Source of the DNA: an uncultured virus (IMG/VR IMGVR_UViG_3300025723_000028)
Taxonomy: Duplodnaviria > Heunggongvirae > Uroviricota > Caudoviricetes
DNA length: 64,000 bases
Direction: 5' to 3' (one strand)
Virus record (IMG/VR): IMGVR_UViG_3300025723_000028
This document shows, piece after piece, positions 1-7,670 of the stretch. The notes under the pieces were generated by a model. The model was not told the DNA's origin, made no database searches, and worked only from the letters and a program-made list of their open reading frames with translations. Each line of letters starts with the position of its first letter. Position 1 is the stretch's first letter. Made by a program: the position numbers and the translations under genes.

Positions 1-606
1 CTGCTGTATGGAGTATACTCAAGTAAAAAATTGTTTATACTAACTTGTAACGATAAATGGCGTGTTGATCAACACATGCGTAATCGTCCGGGTCGTATCT
101 TCTACATGATCGACTTTACAGGGCTGTCGCAAGAATTTATTGTTGAATACTGTGAAGATAACCTTAACCACAAGGAGCACATTGAGCGTATTTGCTCAAT
201 GGCCAATTTGTTTGCAGAGTTTAACTTTGATATGCTCAAGGCACTTGTTGAAGAAATGAACCGTTACGGTGAAACACCACAAGAAGCAATGAAGCTGCTA
301 AATGCCAAACCTGAGTTTGATTCAGGATGTCAGTATGATGTTGAACTAATTATTAATGGGAAACCACTCAAAGGTAAACCACATCCTTCAATTTTTGAAG
401 GCAATCCACTTGCCAATGTTGTACAGATTGGCTATGATTCAGAAGAAGATGAAGACAATGACTCAGGATGGATTACTAATCGCTTTAATCCACATGATTT
501 AGTAAAAGTGGATAACAAAGGCGCCCGTTTTGTTTTTGAGAATAAAGATGCTCGTTTAGTATTAACACGCATTAAGGCAAAAATCTACAACCCGTATGCG
601 TTTTAA
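1..606 (+). CDS. AAA+ ATPase, C-terminal part (5' truncated by the window)
   Basis: Frame is open from base 1; LFILTCN...MRNRPGRIFYMIDF matches the AAA sensor-1/arginine-finger region. Confidence 0.75.
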   Translation: MLYGVYSSKKLFILTCNDKWRVDQHMRNRPGRIFYMIDFTGLSQEFIVEYCEDNLNHKEHIERICSMANLFAEFNFDMLKALVEEMNRYGETPQEAMKLLNAKPEFDSGCQYDVELIINGKPLKGKPHPSIFEGNPLANVVQIGYDSEEDEDNDSGWITNRFNPHDLVKVDNKGARFVFENKDARLVLTRIKAKIYNPYAF

Positions 607-689
607 TAAATAGCTACGTGGGAAGGTCCCACAACCTACAGACTTTAAATATATGCGCTTAGTCTGTGCGCAGTAACAAGGAGAAGTAA

Positions 690-1496
690 ATGATGTATAA
701 TAACAAGCTAGTTGCGAGCCTAAAAGCTAATGGCAAGATCCTTAGAGAATTTAAGGACACAGTCTATATTCCATTCGGTTCTGAATATAGTTTTCTAATC
801 AAAAATCTACATACAACACGAGCGTTGATCAATATTTATATTGACGGCGATGATGTGACTGAGGGTGGACTAGTTGTCAATGCCGGGCAAGAAGTTAATT
901 TAGAACGCTATATCAGAAATGGTAACCTCAAAGAAGGTAATTGTTTTAAGTTTATCGAACGCTCAGAAGGTATTGAACAGCATCGTGGTATTAAACTTGA
1001 GGATGGTATTGTTCGTATTGAATTCCAATTTGAATTGCCACCAGCAAAAATTAGCGATTTACCACAATGGCAGCAAGATAATTTATTTAAGAATATGGGT
1101 CCGATATCAGGCGCAGCGGGAATTTATAATTCTAGTAACATGCATACTCTTACCAGAAATATTGATTCCGTAATTACCACTAATAATGTTAGCATCGGAT
1201 CGTTAGCCTCTGCCGTCCCAACAGCATCATACGCGGCACCTACGTATAATGATGCTGGTATTACAGTGGCAGGCAGTAAAAGTACGCAGTCATTTAGCAC
1301 AACTTATATGGGTTCATTGGATCCAGAAAAACATAGTATTGTGTTGAAATTATTAGGCGAAACCCCTGATAATAAACCGGTGTTATCGCCGGTTACTGTG
1401 AAATCAAAACCAAAGTGTACCACGTGTGGGCATGTTAACAAAGCTACTGCACAATTTTGCAATAAGTGTGGAACATCTTTGACTATCTTTGCATGA
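690..1496 (+). CDS. hypothetical protein with C-terminal zinc ribbon
   Basis: AGGAG RBS; CxxC...CxxC at the C-terminus. Confidence 0.7.
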   Translation: MMYNNKLVASLKANGKILREFKDTVYIPFGSEYSFLIKNLHTTRALINIYIDGDDVTEGGLVVNAGQEVNLERYIRNGNLKEGNCFKFIERSEGIEQHRGIKLEDGIVRIEFQFELPPAKISDLPQWQQDNLFKNMGPISGAAGIYNSSNMHTLTRNIDSVITTNNVSIGSLASAVPTASYAAPTYNDAGITVAGSKSTQSFSTTYMGSLDPEKHSIVLKLLGETPDNKPVLSPVTVKSKPKCTTCGHVNKATAQFCNKCGTSLTIFA

Positions 1497-1570
1497 TGTA
1501 GATAATGTTGGTCCTACGCCAGGATCCTGGCGTAGTTGACATTATGTTAATGGTATGTTAACATAACAGT

Positions 1571-2017
1571 ATGATGAAAAATACACTCTGGATTCAAAAT
1601 GTGTCGATGGCAGATATTGTCAAAGGACACCACAACTTACCAGATAAACGTACTGTCTTGATACAAATTCAAGATTTCGGAACATGGCAATTTGCCATTC
1701 CAAAATATAAAGATGAATTTGTTGACATACATCAATTTCGATTTGATGACATAGAAGTTGAAAACGGCACTGCTATACAAGATGAGCAAGCTGTAAAACT
1801 GGTTGAAATTTTACAACAAGCACAAGCGGATGGTCATAATGTAATCGTTCATTGCCATGCTGGAATATGTCGAAGTGGTGCGGTTGTAGAAATTGGCGTA
1901 GCAATGGGTTTTACAGAACCAGACCGCCATAGAATTCCTAATCTGTTGGTTAAACGCAAGATGATGAAAGTATTAGTATGGACCTACAGTGAAAGCGATA
2001 TAGAAGGAAACATATGA
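1571..2017 (+). CDS. protein tyrosine/dual-specificity phosphatase family
   Basis: VHCHAGICRS = HCxxGxxRS motif. Confidence 0.85.
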   Translation: MMKNTLWIQNVSMADIVKGHHNLPDKRTVLIQIQDFGTWQFAIPKYKDEFVDIHQFRFDDIEVENGTAIQDEQAVKLVEILQQAQADGHNVIVHCHAGICRSGAVVEIGVAMGFTEPDRHRIPNLLVKRKMMKVLVWTYSESDIEGNI

Positions 2018-2796
2018 AATTTTTAGTTCAGATGAATCTCATACATGAAATGGGATTGTCACAAGTGCGCAATGCGATCGAATCATATCCGCATCAGTAT
2101 GTAAGCGTGATCCCATTTTCCAATGAGTTGATATCCGAAGAGCCAGTTGAAGGCACCGACTATCTTGCCTATGGAAGTACACTGTTTATCAAAATTGGGC
2201 ATGAGCTTGGTTGGCAGGGTGTTTACTTTGACTATGATAACTTTAACTACGAAACCGCAGTTAAGTATCGTAGTGATATGCTGAATGATGATATTATACT
2301 TCCTGCTAGTGAAGTAATTCCATACCTTGAATCATCCACAGTAGATACATGGTTTATTCGGCCTGCGCTTGATCTAAAACATTTTAATGGACAGGTTATT
2401 GAAAGGGAAGAATGTATTACGTGGTTGAAAGATGCCATGGCGTGTGCATCAAGCGGGTCTTATCAAATCACCCCGGATCTTAAAATTGTATTGGCTCGAC
2501 CAAAAAACATTCAAGCAGAATGGCGTTGGTTCATAGTTAATGGGAAGATTATTTCCGGAGCAATGTATCGCTGTCGTGGACAACTTGTTAAGTATCGTGA
2601 GCTAGACCAAACTGTTATTGACGAGGCTCAAAAAATGGCAGATGGTTGGTTACCGCATCTTAATTGTGTCATGGATACTGCATTAGTCGATGACAAACTT
2701 TCAGTAGTTGAATTCAATTGTATCAATGGCAGCGGATTCTATGGACACGATGTCACTGCTATTTTTACAGCACTAGCGGAAGATTATAGTGTTTAA
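2014..2796 (+). CDS. ATP-grasp domain protein
   Basis: WFIRP, EWRWFIVNG, VMD...VVEFNCINGSGFY ATP-grasp pattern. Confidence 0.7.
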   Translation: MKFLVQMNLIHEMGLSQVRNAIESYPHQYVSVIPFSNELISEEPVEGTDYLAYGSTLFIKIGHELGWQGVYFDYDNFNYETAVKYRSDMLNDDIILPASEVIPYLESSTVDTWFIRPALDLKHFNGQVIEREECITWLKDAMACASSGSYQITPDLKIVLARPKNIQAEWRWFIVNGKIISGAMYRCRGQLVKYRELDQTVIDEAQKMADGWLPHLNCVMDTALVDDKLSVVEFNCINGSGFYGHDVTAIFTALAEDYSV

Positions 2797-2889
2797 CAAT
2801 TATTTTTACCAAAATGGTTGATTATGCGTACTTATTTGCGTATAATTTTTATATTAACTAAATAACTTTATAACTTCGTAAAAAAGAAG

Positions 2890-2918
2890 TTGACAAGGAT
2901 ACTAAATAGTAGTACAAT
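2890..2918 (+). promoter_or_regulatory. sigma70-type promoter upstream of leader peptide and tRNA locus
   Basis: TTGACA-17 nt-TACAAT. Confidence 0.75.
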
Positions 2919-2926
2919 TACATATC

Positions 2927-3085
2927 ATGAAAAACACAAGACTTTCCATATCGTATCAGTTACTCCAAACCTCAGCATTATGCTGGAGTCCGGTAGCCAC
3001 TCTACGCTCAGAAAGTCATATTGCGTTTAATATGATTGATACAGGCAAAGAGTATAGTAGGGTCCGAGAAGGATGGGATGGTTAA
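2927..3085 (+). CDS. putative 52-aa leader peptide (attenuator)
   Basis: ATG just after the promoter; MKNTRLSISYQLLQTSALCWSPVATLRSESHIAFNMIDTGKEYSRVREGWDG; followed by a terminator. Confidence 0.55.
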   Translation: MKNTRLSISYQLLQTSALCWSPVATLRSESHIAFNMIDTGKEYSRVREGWDG

Positions 3086-3111
3086 GCAATAGCTAACATC
3101 ATAAACTTTAA

Positions 3112-3145
3112 GGACCCTGGACTAGAAATATGCCAGGGTTTTTTT
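3112..3145 (+). terminator. intrinsic terminator / attenuator
   Basis: GGACCCTGG...CCAGGGTTT stem followed by a T-run. Confidence 0.8.
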
Positions 3146-3362
3146 ATTTTTGCAGTAAGTGTGATAGGCAACGCGAGCCTGTGGCGCACTATAAACATGC
3201 TACTATTAATGAGGGCGGCGTACCGGATGATAAGTTCCTGGCGATAACTGGAATGTGTAAAATGGTATAGTATTAAAGCATATTGGGATCGGCTCTAACG
3301 AGACTCCATAAGATGAGGAACGAAATATGTTTTAATACCGACATTCGTAAGAGTGTCGTAAT

Positions 3363-3439
3363 GTACGTGTGTAGCTGAACGGTTAGGCCACGGATTGCAA
3401 ATCCGTATTATGCAGGTTCGATCCCTGTCACGTACTCCA
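3363..3439 (+). tRNA. tRNA-Cys(GCA)
   Basis: GTACGTG/CACGTAC acceptor, ACGGA-TTGCAAA-TCCGT, T-loop, CCA. Confidence 0.85.
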
Positions 3440-3481
3440 TTTTGCGAACTTACGCTAAATATATATAAAGCGAGGGTTCAA

Positions 3482-4141
3482 ATGTTTTGTCAAAATTGTA
3501 ATATAGAGCACACTGGTATATATGGGTCAGGTAGATTTTGTGGCGTTAAATGTGCGAGAGGGTTTTCTACGAAAGCTAAACGAGAGGAAATTAATAAAAA
3601 AGTTTCCGCTAGCCAAACTGGCAGAAAATTATCTGAAGCGCATAAGAAAAATATAGAATCAGGTAACAATTTTAATAGAGTTGAAAAAGTTACAAAAACT
3701 TGTATTGGATGCTCAACAGAAATAATTTGTCGCATTACATCAAAAAAGAAATTTTGTACTGTTAAATGCTGGGCAACTTACACAGAACAATACAAAGAAC
3801 CTTTTTTATTATATAGAAAAAAATCTAATTTTGATTTTAATATAACAGACTACGAAGATAAATTTGATTTAACGTTGGTAGAGCAGTATGGCTGGTATAG
3901 TCCATCTAACAAAGGAAACAATCTAAATGGAGTTTCTAAAGATCATATGCTAAGTGTCAAAGATGGATTCATATTAGGGGTGGACCCTGAAATTATTAAG
4001 CATCCAGCGAATTGCCAACTCATTCTACATAGACAAAATCAAAGTAAAAGAGAAAAAAGTTCAATAACTTTAGAAGAATTAATGGAAAGAATAGACAACT
4101 GGTTGACAATTAACTCATCCGCTACTATAATACTTGTATAG
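3482..4141 (+). CDS. HNH-type homing endonuclease with Zn-finger and NUMOD3-like segments
   Basis: CxxC motifs, GRKLSEAHKK, SKDH...HPANCQLILHRQN; ATG at 3482 follows TAAATA and an RBS. Confidence 0.75.
   Translation: MFCQNCNIEHTGIYGSGRFCGVKCARGFSTKAKREEINKKVSASQTGRKLSEAHKKNIESGNNFNRVEKVTKTCIGCSTEIICRITSKKKFCTVKCWATYTEQYKEPFLLYRKKSNFDFNITDYEDKFDLTLVEQYGWYSPSNKGNNLNGVSKDHMLSVKDGFILGVDPEIIKHPANCQLILHRQNQSKREKSSITLEELMERIDNWLTINSSATIILV
4103..4131 (+). promoter_or_regulatory. consensus sigma70 promoter upstream of the non-coding array
   Basis: TTGACA-17 nt-TATAAT. Confidence 0.85.
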
Positions 4142-4160
4142 TAAATGTTCTTTAACAAAA

Positions 4161-5898
4161 CGACGTAATATTGAAGCATACCAAGGCGTAAGCCGATATA
4201 GGGATATAGCCGGGCCCCAAGAGCCTCAGGGTTGGCAGGTTCAAGTCCTGCGCAGTGTGTTTCAATATTACGTTGTAGTATGTATAAAGCGTGGGTTCTC
4301 AACGAGTCCCTGTGCAGAGAACTGCTGTCCCGACATTTGTAGCGCCTGATGATAGAGTAACGCCTTGAAACCTTAGGGTAGCGCGGAGTGATCACAGTCG
4401 GGGAATAACTGATCACCAGGGGACTCACTCTTTATACATACTACTGTCCATATTGAAGTACATTACTCTGGGTCGCTCTCAGGTAGGTACATAGGGATTG
4501 ATCACCCGGGTAGGTTCGAATCCTACAGTAGTGTATTTCAATATGGTAATGTGTAGGCTGATACACAATCGTTGAAGTAAGCTCTCAACGAAATGACTGA
4601 GGGGCTAACTATGGGCAAATTTGAACAAACATAGGAGCCGCATACAATTCTAGATATGTATGTGGGTTGTCAAGTCGGAGATCAGCACCGACACCATATT
4701 GAAGTACATTGACAAGCAAGATAGTTGGGCAAACAATTATCTCGCACAGTTGGTATTTGCCATCCAAGGGCCCTATGGACCTTCAGTGTATTTCAATATG
4801 GTAATATCAGTTGTTAGTGGGTCATATGCGGGACTGACACTAAGGGGTACATCGAGGCTCGGAATCTCGGACACTATCAACACAATAGCACAAAGGTTGT
4901 TGCAACAATCTCTCGTGGTCGCAGACTGTACTACGGTCCTTTCCGTTCGATTCGGAGTGTTATTGGATATGCCATATTGAAGTACACTTAACACCTTCAG
5001 GACCCAGTGGTCGCCATGTAGTCGGTTGTGTGCGCACCTAGTGTATTTCAATATGGTTAATAACCATAGTCGGCCCGTGTTCCCACCGTGCGATACCCGA
5101 CTTAAAAAAGCCGATAGCTATATGTGACGAGCAGGCAGTGATCAACGGTGGGGCTATATTGAAGTACATTACTCTCCAGGGTGGGAACCTGAGCGTTAAG
5201 GTGTAGGTAGTAGATTGAAAAATCGAACCTGTATATATCTCGTATTGCTAAACCTCCCAGGTTATACGGACGTAACATCGGTAGTGTATTTCAATATGGT
5301 ATAAACTATATCAAGCGACTGCAATCAATTGATATAGGTTGTGTAGGTGTACTGGCTGGCACACGGAACCGTAGTAGGCAAAGTTGAAACCCTTGCAGGG
5401 GTGAATGAAATGCCGAAGTGGGACTGGGGGTAGGGTTCGAATCCCTAACACATTTGAATTAAGAGCGAAGGGTTCGCTGGTCTTGTGAAGAGGGGTTCGA
5501 CTCCCTGAGCCGTCTGGTTCGATTCCTGGCGGGGCAGGTGCAATAACAAGACACCATATTGAAGCATACTGTACACAAACGCCAATGGTGAGCGACTCGT
5601 CGAGGGACAGGTATAGTGGGTTCGAACCCCACTGTGTATGAAATGACGATTTCAACAGTGTGTTTCAATATGGTACTCGGGTATACGTCAAAACAAAAGT
5701 AGGAAAAAGAATGGGGAATAATGTACTGTTTAAGGACACCCTGGTCGCCACGTCATCCTTGTGGTCGAAGATATTACCTACTACCTGATTGAAAGAGTAA
5801 CCATATTAAAATACATTAACCGGTGTTGGTATGTCGCACACTGATCGCCTGGACTACGAACCTAGGTAAGACAGAGGTACTAGTGTATTTTAATATGG
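4161..5898 (+). repeat. array of stem-bounded non-coding cassettes (units 4161-4275, 4448-4546, 4693-4802, 4972-5056, 5154-5299, 5553-5674, 5801-5898)
   Basis: Recurrent inverted pair CCATATTGAAGTACATT / AGTGTATTTCAATATGG around unique GC-richer inserts. Confidence 0.9.
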
Positions 5899-5974
5899 CC
5901 AATGGGACTGCATGGTGTGGTCGCCGCACTGTCACTGCGGATATCGATGGGATCGTTACCCATATTGGTCGCCA
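5897..5974 (+). tRNA. tRNA-Asp(GTC), atypical T-loop
   Basis: CCGCA-CTGTCAC-TGCGG; GGCCAAT/ATTGGTC G CCA; T-loop ATCGTTA. Confidence 0.75.
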
Positions 5975-5993
5975 AATTATTAATACAAGTTAT

Positions 5994-6063
5994 GCCCCAG
6001 CCTGGGTTGCAAACTGGATTTGAGGCCAGATGTAGACGGGTTCGATTTCCGTTAGGGGCACTA
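5994..6063 (+). pseudogene. degenerate tRNA-like element
   Basis: GCCCC/GGGGC acceptor-like stem and T-arm; irregular D and anticodon arms; ends ACTA. Confidence 0.45.
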
Positions 6064-6071
6064 AGTTTTAA

Positions 6072-6103
6072 GGGTCAGTAGTTCAATTGGCAGAATAGCG
6101 GTT
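6072..6103 (+). pseudogene. 5' half of a tRNA (Trp-like)
   Basis: GGGTCAG TA GTTC AATTGGCA GAAT resembles tRNA-Trp at 9242; stops before the anticodon. Confidence 0.55.
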
Positions 6104-6117
6104 TTGTATAAATAAAG

Positions 6118-6163
6118 TATAAACTACTTAATCTATAAAACTACCAATTTACTAAAACGAAAG
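6118..6163 (+). pseudogene. relic N-terminus of a GIY-YIG (Seg-like) endonuclease
   Basis: Translates as NYLIYKTTNLL, resembling the YxIYKTTNLINGK start of Seg-like enzymes; no ATG. Confidence 0.5.
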
Positions 6164-6171
6164 AAAAAAAT

Positions 6172-6246
6172 GTCTCGATAGTGTAATTGGCAACACTTTG
6201 GTCTCCAAAACCAACATTCTAGGTTCGAGTCCTAGTCGGGACGCCA
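6172..6246 (+). tRNA. tRNA-Trp(CCA)
   Basis: Full cloverleaf, TTGGT-CTCCAAA-ACCAA. Confidence 0.9.
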
Positions 6247-6382
6247 TATATTGCCTCGTAGTAAAGGCGGCGACGATAGCAACGATAATCTAACATTAGT
6301 TTGTCCGAACTGTCATCGTTTAGCACACGAGGGAAAGATTACAGAATTTGTTTCATTGACTACACAAATAGGCGATGAATGA
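6245..6382 (+). pseudogene. relic C-terminus of an HNH endonuclease
   Basis: HILPRSKGGDDSNDNLTLVCPNCHRLAH HNH core without a start codon. Confidence 0.75.
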
Positions 6383-6398
6383 TAGGATGTGAAGATTT

Positions 6399-6485
6399 GG
6401 ATTGGTATACCTCTAAGGACGGGGCCGTGACTGTAAATCACGTGGTTTTATACCTGGCAAGGATCGTTACCTTGACAATCCACCA
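6399..6485 (+). tRNA. tRNA-Tyr(GTA), atypical T-loop
   Basis: CGTGA-CTGTAAA-TCACG, long variable arm, T-loop ATCGTTA, ACCA. Confidence 0.75.
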
Positions 6486-6493
6486 AGTTTTAT

Positions 6494-6569
6494 CTCCGTA
6501 TGGCGTAATCTGGTAGCGTAGCTGGTCTGGAGCCAGGCGGTCCAAGTTCAAATCTTGGTATGGAGACCA
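6494..6569 (+). tRNA. tRNA-Pro(TGG)
   Basis: C1-G72/A73 acceptor; loop TCTGGAG. Confidence 0.75.
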
Positions 6570-6577
6570 AATGTTTT

Positions 6578-6701
6578 GTGTAGATTCTGGAATTGGCAAA
6601 CAGCTGGACGAGCAGTTCAGCCAATGGGTTCGAGTCCCATGGAAGACCGCAAGTCTTTTAGTATGGTACTGTTGGAGGTTCGAATCCTTCTCTACGCACC
6701 A
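6578..6701 (+). ncRNA. extended tRNA-like RNA with two T-arms and no clear anticodon
   Basis: GTGTAGA/TCTACGC ACCA, D-arm, internal ATGGG-TTCGAGT-CCCAT plus terminal T-arm. Confidence 0.6.
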
Positions 6702-6709
6702 AGTTTTTT

Positions 6710-6784
6710 AGCCTTGACGCTGAAATGGTTTCAGCCCGTCACGACATGGCGAGTTAGGTGGTTCGATTCCACACTAGGCCACCA
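6710..6784 (+). tRNA. atypical tRNA, possibly Val(GAC)
   Basis: T-arm and ACCA; CGTC-ACGACAT-GGCG; acceptor mismatches. Confidence 0.45.
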
Positions 6785-6791
6785 GAGCAGA

Positions 6792-6927
6792 GGATAGATC
6801 GCATTATCCAGTATGAGTTGAGCGGGTAGGTACCTAATCCCGACAGCAGGCAATAGTACAGAACTACAATGCGATAGGTGCCAGTATTGTCTGGTATGGG
6901 CGGAGACCTCAAAAACGCTGTCCACCA
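6792..6927 (+). ncRNA. structured RNA with acceptor-like stem ending in ACCA
   Basis: GGATAG/CTGTCC-ACCA closing a GC-richer 136-nt segment between tRNAs. Confidence 0.4.
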
Positions 6928-6933
6928 ATTAAC

Positions 6934-7008
6934 ACAGCTATCGTCTATCGGTTAGGACACCAGGTTTTCATCCTGGCGAGCGGGGTTCGATTCCCCGTAG
7001 CTGTACCA
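6934..7008 (+). tRNA. tRNA-Glu(TTC)
   Basis: Cloverleaf, CCAGG-TTTTCAT-CCTGG. Confidence 0.9.
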
Positions 7009-7050
7009 AAAATTTTTACAGCAAACAAATTTTGCTTAAATAATATCAAC

Positions 7051-7126
7051 GCCCTCATAGCTCATTTGGTAGAGCACCGCATTAGTAATGCGGTGGTGGT
7101 CAGTTCGAATCCGACTGAGGGCACCA
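7051..7126 (+). tRNA. tRNA-Thr(AGT)
   Basis: CCGCA-TTAGTAA-TGCGG; near copy of tRNA-Thr(TGT) at 29111. Confidence 0.85.
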
Positions 7127-7131
7127 GTAAT

Positions 7132-7221
7132 GGGTAAGTGGCCGAGTGGTTGATGGCTCTAGTCTTGAAAACTAGCGATCCTGAAAGGGGTCCGTGAGTT
7201 CGAATCTCACCTTGCCCTCCA
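7132..7221 (+). tRNA. tRNA-Ser(TGA)
   Basis: CTAGT-CTTGAAA-ACTAG, long variable arm. Confidence 0.9.
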
Positions 7222-7234
7222 AATTGTAATATAC

Positions 7235-7324
7235 GGAGCGTGGGCCGGATGGTAAGGCAGCAGATTGCTAATCTGTACAGCGGCTCATACCGCTGATAGG
7301 GTTCGACTCCCTAACGCTCCGCCA
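7235..7324 (+). tRNA. tRNA-Ser(GCT)
   Basis: GCAGA-TTGCTAA-TCTGT, long variable arm. Confidence 0.9.
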
Positions 7325-7333
7325 AAAATTTAT

Positions 7334-7411
7334 TCCGCAGAACCCGAGTATGGACATGGGCGTGGCTGTTAACCACTGTATAAATTGGTTCGATTCCAAT
7401 GTGCGGAGCCA
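7334..7411 (+). tRNA. tRNA-Asn(GTT)
   Basis: GTGG-CTGTTAA-CCAC; TCCGCA/TGCGGA G CCA. Confidence 0.75.
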
Positions 7412-7419
7412 AAAAAAAT

Positions 7420-7514
7420 AGTAGCGAGCATTGGTATGCGGCTGTGTTTTATAAACACGGGAGACTGGTCAGATGGGCTGGAACGATAGAGTTCGAATCT
7501 CTACGCTACTACCA
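7420..7514 (+). tRNA. atypical tRNA with TAT anticodon (Ile) and long variable arm
   Basis: AGTAGCG/CGCTACT ACCA; TGTGT-TTTATAA-ACACG. Confidence 0.6.
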
Positions 7515-7520
7515 GATATT

Positions 7521-7545
7521 GCGTCCGTAACTCAACTGTATAGAA
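7521..7545 (+). pseudogene. 5' fragment of tRNA-Arg
   Basis: GCGTCCGTAACTCAACTGTATAGA vs GCGTCTGTAGCTCAACTGGATAGA at 8330. Confidence 0.6.
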
Positions 7546-7670
7546 AAACAAGTCTTATGTAACATCAATAACAAACAATTAGTGCATACATCCACTTGTT
7601 GGCTCTAAATTCTATATTGCTAAATATTAAAAATACAACGTGTATTATCAAAAATTTACAAGGAATTGGA

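Noticed and set aside
4161..5898. CRISPR array (ATTGAA / TTTCAAT resemble CRISPR repeat ends)
   Set aside because: Repeats alternate as inverted arms, intervals are about 50-250 nt and structured, and there are no cas genes in the window
6792..6927. tmRNA
   Set aside because: Too short; no G3-U70 Ala acceptor with T-arm and no tag frame
4039..6928. Short ORFs from the track overlapping the array and tRNAs
   Set aside because: No RBS or recognisable motifs; they overlap structured RNAs and are probably chance frames
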